From contig OX638151.1 of the NCBI GenBank assembly GCA_951804945.1, positions 80,476,001 through 80,540,000 on the forward strand: a DNA stretch of 64,000 nt, in the 5' to 3' direction. Numbering within the stretch: the stretch's first letter is position 1; every line of letters begins with the position of its first letter. The position numbers and the translations under genes are program-made. The stretch comes from Podarcis cretensis (taxonomy: Eukaryota). A model generated the notes under the pieces. It was not told where the DNA came from and made no database searches. It worked only from the letters and a program-made list of their open reading frames with translations. Below are positions 62,894-64,000 of the stretch, one piece after another.

Positions 62894-64000
62894 TCTGTAG
62901 GCAAAGGTAGGGGCTGTGTGGGGATCACTGAGGATATTTTGAACCAACTGCAAGTTGGGAACCACTTTGGCCAAGTGGCTCTCCCATAAGGTTCTCACCA
63001 CAACAATTTGGGTGGAAGTTCAGGCATGCTGGGGGAGCAAGACACAGCATGGGCAGCCCCGCAAGCTCCACTAAGCAAGAACGATCAAGAACAGACCGCC
63101 TACTCACACTTCTTTCTTCCTTGCCCAGTTCAAGGCTATGAACATGCATGTAAGTAAATAAAGTTGTGACCGAATTTCACCCAAAGCATTGTGTTTGTCC
63201 CTTTCCTCCTACCACAAGAGTGCCATAAAAAAGTGTGCCATAAATTGCTTGCCTTGTTTTTGCTGCAAGAGATCAACCACAGCTGCCCACCTGAGTCCTA
63301 TTAATTTAACCTTGTGCAACATTTGCAAGCCTAATTGAGATAGTGACAAGTGACTGGCACTGCTGCTGAATATATGGTTGTTGTTGTGACTAAAGCACTA
63401 TTACTGTGACACTGAGATTAAATTCTGCAGCACTCTGTGGCAGCATACTGGCTGAAAGTGTTAGGCCATAAACCAGCCATTTTGTCTTCATTTACCAGCA
63501 TCCCGGTTTTCAGAGGACTTTCTGACATTATCTTCACAAAGCATCTCCCTACATCTTGAAAGGTATGGTGGAAACCATCCTAGGTTTTGTAGGAATAGTC
63601 TGGGGAATGTTTTCCATTCAGAGGCTGGATCCTTGGTTTTCATGCACCTAACAGGGCACCCTGACAGGTGGAAGGGGGGCAACCATCTGCCAGTCACCTG
63701 ACATCACCATGAATTTGAGCTTCTATGCTGACCCAAGATGATTCAAGTGCAGCTTGAAATCTGTTATTGGTGCTGACTTCAAATGTTGCTTTCAGCCCAT
63801 TGGGAACTCTGTAAGTCAGCTGATTTCAAGTCTTGCTTTCAACAGGAAACTCCACAGCACAGCCATTGCAATGGGTTTAGCTGTCCAAGTCATGACTCTT
63901 ATCATCCCCAGTATTGTGATTCCTGGAAATTGGGGAACAGTTGCATCAGAAAGAGCAATGTCAAGGATTGCTCCCATGCAATTGAAGGCTTCTGACAGTC

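Overview
This is AT-rich, non-genic vertebrate DNA. The repeat content (Sauria SINEs, BovB/RTE LINEs, young L2 and CR1 LINEs, a tRNA-Lys/CR1-tailed SINE, and hAT and Tc1/mariner-type MITEs) points to a squamate reptile, probably a lacertid lizard; this is inferred from the repeats only. No host protein-coding gene can be confidently identified. The window reads as a large intron or gene desert with several TE-free, TAAT-rich blocks that look like conserved non-coding elements, plus one weak candidate exon encoding a transmembrane segment. All long ORFs are transposon-derived. The most informative region is 51320-55770, a nested insertion whose target-site duplications are all readable: a TA-flanked MITE is interrupted by a BovB LINE, which is interrupted by a Tf1/sushi-type Gypsy LTR retrotransposon. 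The Gypsy element has no tRNA primer-binding site. It has instead an exact 11-nt complement to a site inside its own LTR (self-priming signature), a PEG10-like -1 frameshift cassette, and a reading frame running through the whole U3 region. Family names come from motif recognition, not from database searches.
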